The notes under the pieces are model-generated. The model made no database searches, had not been told where the DNA came from, and saw only the letters and a program-made list of their open reading frames with translations. DNA of 64,000 nucleotides from contig CBDCTZ010000016.1 of assembly GCA_965222375.1 (NCBI GenBank), positions 832,001-896,000 of the forward strand. The letters are read 5' to 3'. The position numbers and the translations under genes are program-made. Each line of letters starts with the position of its first letter. Positions within the stretch are counted from its first letter, which is position 1. Origin of the DNA: Polyangiaceae bacterium (GTDB lineage: Bacteria > Myxococcota_A > Polyangia > Polyangiales > Polyangiaceae). Below, in pieces: positions 59,301 through 64,000 of the stretch.

Positions 59301-60917
59301 ATGAACGCTTCGGATCAAGGACAGACAGCATCTAGCCGGCTCGGCCAGGTGCGCGAGTTTGTAGCTCGCAGTAGCACGACAGAGATAGTCGCCTTCCTGG
59401 TCGGCTTGGGATTCATCCTCCGCTATTTGTGGCTCGCTGACGACTCGTTCATCTACTTCCGCTACGTGGACAACTGGGTCTTCCTGGGCCGTGGCTTGGT
59501 TTACAACCCGGGGGAATTCGTCGAAGGGTTCACGAGCCCGGCCTGGGTGCTGTCGCTCGCGCTACTGCGGGTCACGCGCCTCGACTTCTTTTCGATTGTC
59601 GGCACGATCGGTGTGGCAAGCTACGTCGGGGCGTTCGTGCTTTGGTCCCGCGTCGATCGCAAACTTGCCGGCCCTTTGCGTTTCGGCACGCCCCTGCTGC
59701 TGCTCGCTCCCTGCTACGGCGTCTGCCAGTACTTCTCTTCAGGCCTGGAGACGCCCCTCGTGCTGGTTGCCGGCACCGTGACCGTATGCTTCATCCTCGA
59801 TCGCACTAGCCACACTTGGGGGATCCTTGTCGGTCTTTTGCCGATCGTTCGTCACGAGCTGGCGGTGCCCCTTTTGCTGGTGCTGGTTTGGACTGCAGCG
59901 CGGGAGCGCAGGATCCCCTGGTGGCCCGTAGCTTCAGCCGCACTTAGCCTGGGGGGCTGGGCCTGTTTCCGCATCTACTACTTCGCGGAGCTTCTCCCCA
60001 ACACTTTCTACCTCAAGGACGAAAGCAACCCCACCCAAGGCTGGCTGTACCTCAAGAACTGCTTCGCGCCCTATCCCCTCGCCTATGTGGCAGCGGCGAG
60101 CCTCGTGCTGTTGACGATTGCCGGCATTCGGCGGCGCGCGGCTGCGCACAGCGAAGCGCGATTGGTCATGTTGGCCACGGCATTGGTGAGCTTGGCCTAC
60201 GTGGTGCGAGTGGGTGGCGACATGTTGCATTTTCGATTCGTGCTTTTTCCCGCAGTGCTCATCGCCATGGCTTCCTCGGGCGTACTCGAGAGTGCTCTAG
60301 CTCAGGTGGGTGTTGCCCCTGGGCGGGGTATCAGATCTCTTGTCATGGTCGGACTTCTGGTTGCTGGCGGCGCGACCTATCCCCCTCAACTGAACCTTCA
60401 CCCGGCGACCAAGGAGGAGAAGATGCTGAAGGTCGACGGAATCGAGGACTCGTCTTGGCACCGACACCAGCCGGATACCTCCTTTCGCGAAGGTCGCCCG
60501 ACCCAGGACGTTGCTCAGCGTGCCGCCTACGCCCAGTCGCCTGCCACGAACCCAGTCGCTCAAGGAATCATCCTGCACGGTTGGTGCGCCAAGCTGTATC
60601 GAAATTGGCGCAGTTATGCGCTTCATGATTGGGGGCTGACGGACCCCTGGCTCGCCCGTCTGGACATCCCCGCCGATCGCCCTGGTCACAAGTACCGCCT
60701 CAATAGGGTCTACGGGCCGCAGCTGGCTCGAGCCCGGCGCAACAAACCTCCGGTGCTCGGTGATTTGAGGCGCGCCGTCGAAGGAGGCTACGCGCCGCCC
60801 TTCATCGCGAAGAACCTCGAGGCCGCGGAGTTGATCGAAAGAAAGGTCTACAACCGCCACTCCTTGAGGGAAAATGTCGGGCTTGCGTTTACCTTCGTGC
60901 CGAAGCTGCAGCCGTGA
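59301..60917 (+). CDS. GT-C membrane protein, arabinofuranosyltransferase (AftB)-like
   Basis: DDSFIYFRY...GLVYNPGE.VEGFTSP.W, SGLETPL, RHE, LLPNTFYLK, GGD motifs. Confidence 0.8.
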   Translation: MNASDQGQTASSRLGQVREFVARSSTTEIVAFLVGLGFILRYLWLADDSFIYFRYVDNWVFLGRGLVYNPGEFVEGFTSPAWVLSLALLRVTRLDFFSIVGTIGVASYVGAFVLWSRVDRKLAGPLRFGTPLLLLAPCYGVCQYFSSGLETPLVLVAGTVTVCFILDRTSHTWGILVGLLPIVRHELAVPLLLVLVWTAARERRIPWWPVASAALSLGGWACFRIYYFAELLPNTFYLKDESNPTQGWLYLKNCFAPYPLAYVAAASLVLLTIAGIRRRAAAHSEARLVMLATALVSLAYVVRVGGDMLHFRFVLFPAVLIAMASSGVLESALAQVGVAPGRGIRSLVMVGLLVAGGATYPPQLNLHPATKEEKMLKVDGIEDSSWHRHQPDTSFREGRPTQDVAQRAAYAQSPATNPVAQGIILHGWCAKLYRNWRSYALHDWGLTDPWLARLDIPADRPGHKYRLNRVYGPQLARARRNKPPVLGDLRRAVEGGYAPPFIAKNLEAAELIERKVYNRHSLRENVGLAFTFVPKLQP

Positions 60918-60944
60918 CTTCGCCGAGCCCCGGGCTTCCAAGGG

Positions 60945-61577
60945 CTAGGCGGGCGGCGGCTCGAATCCGAGAGTCCGGCATGCGGCGTCACAGATGTGTG
61001 TGCGCACGGCCTTCCGCGCGGCGTCGGGGTCCGCAATGCCGACTAGGGCGACGAGCTCCTCATCGGAGAGAACCGCGTAGCGCGCGATCGCGTAGTTGAA
61101 GGTCAGGGTGGCAAGCCGCATTTGGAGTGGCTCGACGTTCAGTGCCTGCCCCAAGGTTGTTGCTGCCAACTCGAGGTTGGGCAGCACGTGATCTGCGAGC
61201 CGGGTCGGGTGGTATTTCTGTTTCTCCCCCAGGCTCGCCGCGCGCAGTTGCAGAAACATTCTGTCGGCAAAGGCAATGTCGACGAGGCGGCCCACCTGAT
61301 CATGGATGAGTGCCGCATCGACGTCACCACTAGTCGCCGCGGCGTGGAAGGCCATGATTCCACCAGTGATGTGTTGAGCGTGAACGTCCAGGCAGGCTTC
61401 GACCAGCTCGAGCCTATTGGAAAAGTAGTAGGTCAGCGTTCCCATGCTGAGCCCGCTCTCTTTTGCAACTCTGCGCAGGGTGACGTCATTCGGCCCGTGT
61501 TCGGTCAAAACGCCAATGGCGCTTTGCACGATGTCCGTATAGGTTTTTGCCGGATCGCTGTTCTTGGGTCGAGGCAT
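60945..61577 (-). CDS. TetR/AcrR family regulator
   Basis: VTLRRVAKESGLSMGTLTYYFSNRLEL helix-turn-helix. Confidence 0.9.
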   Translation of the reverse strand: MPRPKNSDPAKTYTDIVQSAIGVLTEHGPNDVTLRRVAKESGLSMGTLTYYFSNRLELVEACLDVHAQHITGGIMAFHAAATSGDVDAALIHDQVGRLVDIAFADRMFLQLRAASLGEKQKYHPTRLADHVLPNLELAATTLGQALNVEPLQMRLATLTFNYAIARYAVLSDEELVALVGIADPDAARKAVRTHICDAACRTLGFEPPPA

Positions 61578-62262
61578 GGCAGCCGCTAGGTGGCAACGAG
61601 CGACATGCATGTTCGCACTATCCGGGCTCGCCGTCCCGTGTTGGGTGGTTCCAGCGGCTAGCGCCAGCCGTTGCCGCGGGACACAGTCAGAGCTATGTAG
61701 GTTTCACGAAGGGTTTTTTGGGGTATGCGCTCGTGGTCGGCGGCGGTGCGAGCTTGCTGACGGTGGGTTCCGGTTGCGGGCGCGACGATGACAGTGGTGG
61801 CGGTGGCAGCTCCGCCAAGAGTCCGGGGCCGGAAGCGTGAGCGTGACGTTGTCGACGGATTCCGGTCACAGTCATCCGGTGACTGTCACCTGCCGCTGAG
61901 TCGAGGATCCCGACTCACTACTGAGTCCGGGTCCTCTCGTAGTGCGCCTCAGGCCGTCTTCCAATGGCGTGTGCGCATTGAAGCGACGTCTCGGATGTCG
62001 TTCCATCAACGGTAGAAGAAGCATTGCTTCCCATACACACAAGCTTCAAGTACCGCGCTCGACAACGCTCGGGCGGGGCAAGACGCTAGAGCTAGCGTTG
62101 GCGGCTTCGTCCACCAGGCCACGAGCTCGCGGCGCAACGTCACGTTCCACCGAGCACGCTGGCTGGGCATCCAATTGGTGGTTGCAGCTATGGGTTCTTC
62201 CTGGTGGTCGAAGGTCCGGCGATGATGTACCCTCGCGAGTCCGAGATTTGGCTGGAGAGACT

Positions 62263-63291
62263 ATGCAGCGAGAGCAGCTCAAACACCTTGTATGCCCTGA
62301 TTCGAAGCAGAGCCTAACGCTCAGCGTGGACCAGGAGTTGGACGGAGAAGTAGTCACTGGGACCCTTTCGACGGCTGACTCGAGCTACCCAATTCGCGAG
62401 GGCATCCCGAGTTTCGTTTCGGGAGATGTGAGTGAAGATCAAACTGTCAAGTCCTTCGCGCAGAAGTGGGGCAAGCATTCGTACTACCGAAAGCACACCG
62501 CCGGTTTTTATCTCGAGTGGTTCTTGTCTCGGTATGGCTTCGGTGACACTGCGGGCTTCAGCAAGTTTCTCTCTAGTTGCGAATTTGTTCTGGATGCAGG
62601 AACGGGTTCGGGTCGCGACGCTACCTTCTTTGCGGAGCAGGGAGCACGAACCGTATTCGCCGTCGATACCGCGTTCCCGGCGCTGTCAAATGCCAAAAAG
62701 GACCCGGAGTGCGGCCGAGTGAACTTCGTGCACGCGGACATCAATCGGTTACCGTTTCCGGACGGGTTCTTCAACTTCATTAGCTGTGATCAGGTGATTC
62801 ATCACACGCCAGACCCGCCAGCAACGTTCCGGAATCTGACTGGAAAGCTGCAGTCAGGGGGTCAGGTATGCTGCTACGTCTACAAGAAGAAGGCTGTCGT
62901 TCGGGAATTCACGGACGACTACGTACGCGAGCGCATTAGCCATCTCGACATCGATGAAGCGCTCAAGGTCTGCGAAGCCATCACGCGACTGGGCAAGACC
63001 TTGTCGGATCTGAAAACGACTATCAACGTTGAGGAAGACATTCCGGTCCTAGGCATTAGGAAGGGTGAAATAGACATCCAACGCTTCTTCCATTGGAACG
63101 TGATGAAGTGCTTTTGGAATGACGACTTCGACTTCTTCACCAACAACATCGTGAATTTCGATTGGTATCATCCGCTTTATTGCTTTCGCTATGAGCCAGA
63201 AGAGTTTCGCAAATGGTTCAACGAGGGGTGGCACGTGGAAGCGTGGGATGTCCAAGACGCCGGCATTAGTTGTCGTGCCAAGAAGCTCTAA
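62263..63291 (+). CDS. Trm112-like domain fused to class I SAM methyltransferase
   Basis: LVCPDSK...YPIREGIPSF; VLDAGTGSG; VIHHTPDP; FDWYHP.Y. GGAG RBS. Confidence 0.88.
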   Translation: MQREQLKHLVCPDSKQSLTLSVDQELDGEVVTGTLSTADSSYPIREGIPSFVSGDVSEDQTVKSFAQKWGKHSYYRKHTAGFYLEWFLSRYGFGDTAGFSKFLSSCEFVLDAGTGSGRDATFFAEQGARTVFAVDTAFPALSNAKKDPECGRVNFVHADINRLPFPDGFFNFISCDQVIHHTPDPPATFRNLTGKLQSGGQVCCYVYKKKAVVREFTDDYVRERISHLDIDEALKVCEAITRLGKTLSDLKTTINVEEDIPVLGIRKGEIDIQRFFHWNVMKCFWNDDFDFFTNNIVNFDWYHPLYCFRYEPEEFRKWFNEGWHVEAWDVQDAGISCRAKKL

Positions 63292-63294
63292 GCC

Positions 63295-64000
63295 ATGTGC
63301 GGCATTCTGGGCGGACTGAACGCGGAGTTCACTCAAGAAAGCTTGAAGCGCCTGGACCATCGCGGTCCGGACCAAGCGAGTTTAGTTACTGAGTCAGTTG
63401 GTTCGGTCGGCACTGTTACTCTGGGCCAGACGCGGCTAAACATCGTTGACCGGCACGACATCGAGCTTCCAGTGCGTTCTGGTGGCGCCTCGATTCTGTT
63501 CAACGGGGAGATATACAATCACCCCGAGCTTAAGCTGGAACTCGAGGGGTTGGGTTGGACGTTTCGCACGAAGACCGACACCGAAGTGGTGCTGTTGGCC
63601 TACCTGCAGTGGGGGCCCGCCTGTTTGGAGAAATTCAACGGCATGTTCGCCATCGCAATCTGGGACGGCGAGCGTTTCTTCTGTGCCAGAGACCGGATGG
63701 GAAAGAAGCCCTTTTTCTATCGGGTTCAGGCTGGCTCGTTCGAGTTCGCTTCGGAAGTCAAGGCATTCTCGAATCTTGAGTTTGTGTCGCAGGAGCTGTT
63801 TGACCTGTTCGAGTTCTGCGTCAACGAACACACGCTGTATCGCAACATCTTCGCTCTCCGGCCGGGTCACTACCTGGTCTACACACCGAGCAAGGGCACC
63901 TACTACACCCGCGCGTTCTGGGACATCGAGCACCGAGTCGACCGCCACATTGTCGACGAAAAGAAGGCGGTCGATGCGTTTATCGACTTATTGGAGGACT
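63295..64000 (+). CDS. asnB: Asparagine synthase (glutamine-hydrolysing)-family amidotransferase, runs off the window
   Basis: Translated by hand: MCGILG...HRGPD...FNGEIYNH...TDTEV...NGMFAIAIWD...RDRMGKKPFFY...FASEVKA. Confidence 0.93.
   Translation, partial: MCGILGGLNAEFTQESLKRLDHRGPDQASLVTESVGSVGTVTLGQTRLNIVDRHDIELPVRSGGASILFNGEIYNHPELKLELEGLGWTFRTKTDTEVVLLAYLQWGPACLEKFNGMFAIAIWDGERFFCARDRMGKKPFFYRVQAGSFEFASEVKAFSNLEFVSQELFDLFEFCVNEHTLYRNIFALRPGHYLVYTPSKGTYYTRAFWDIEHRVDRHIVDEKKAVDAFIDLLED

Noticed and set aside
1..64000. rRNA, tRNA or riboswitch genes
   Set aside because: None recognised by eye in the intergenic regions. A tRNAscan/Infernal run would be needed to exclude them formally.

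Overview
High-GC bacterial DNA. The gene content (many Gly/Cys-rich lipoproteins, a Zn-ribbon Ser/Thr kinase, IgGFc-type and DUF1554-type domains) points to Myxococcota, probably Polyangiaceae (inference). The window opens with a 10-gene minus-strand operon for classical menaquinone synthesis: GbsR/MarR regulator, DAHP synthase, menG, F, D, H, B, A, C, E. A palindromic operator sits just upstream of it. The middle holds envelope and secreted proteins, several GT-C-like membrane glycosyltransferases, an MCP and a histidine kinase. Mobile DNA includes three items. (1) An RT-deleted but structurally intact group II intron in the 3' end of a YciI-nitroreductase fusion gene, with a perfect EBS1/IBS1 match and an apparent compensatory gamma-gamma' swap so that it ends in AG. 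(2) A RAYT-like HUH tyrosine transposase beside a strongly over-represented REP-like motif (ATCAACCCGGGTGRGG), which forms doublets and tandem arrays, enters ORFs in frame and brackets gene cassettes. (3) An IS21 element with a 7-bp target duplication. The right end has decayed surface-glycan genes and the start of a lower-GC methyltransferase-asnB cluster. No rRNA, tRNA or CRISPR array was recognised. All calls are from reading the sequence by eye; no searches were run.
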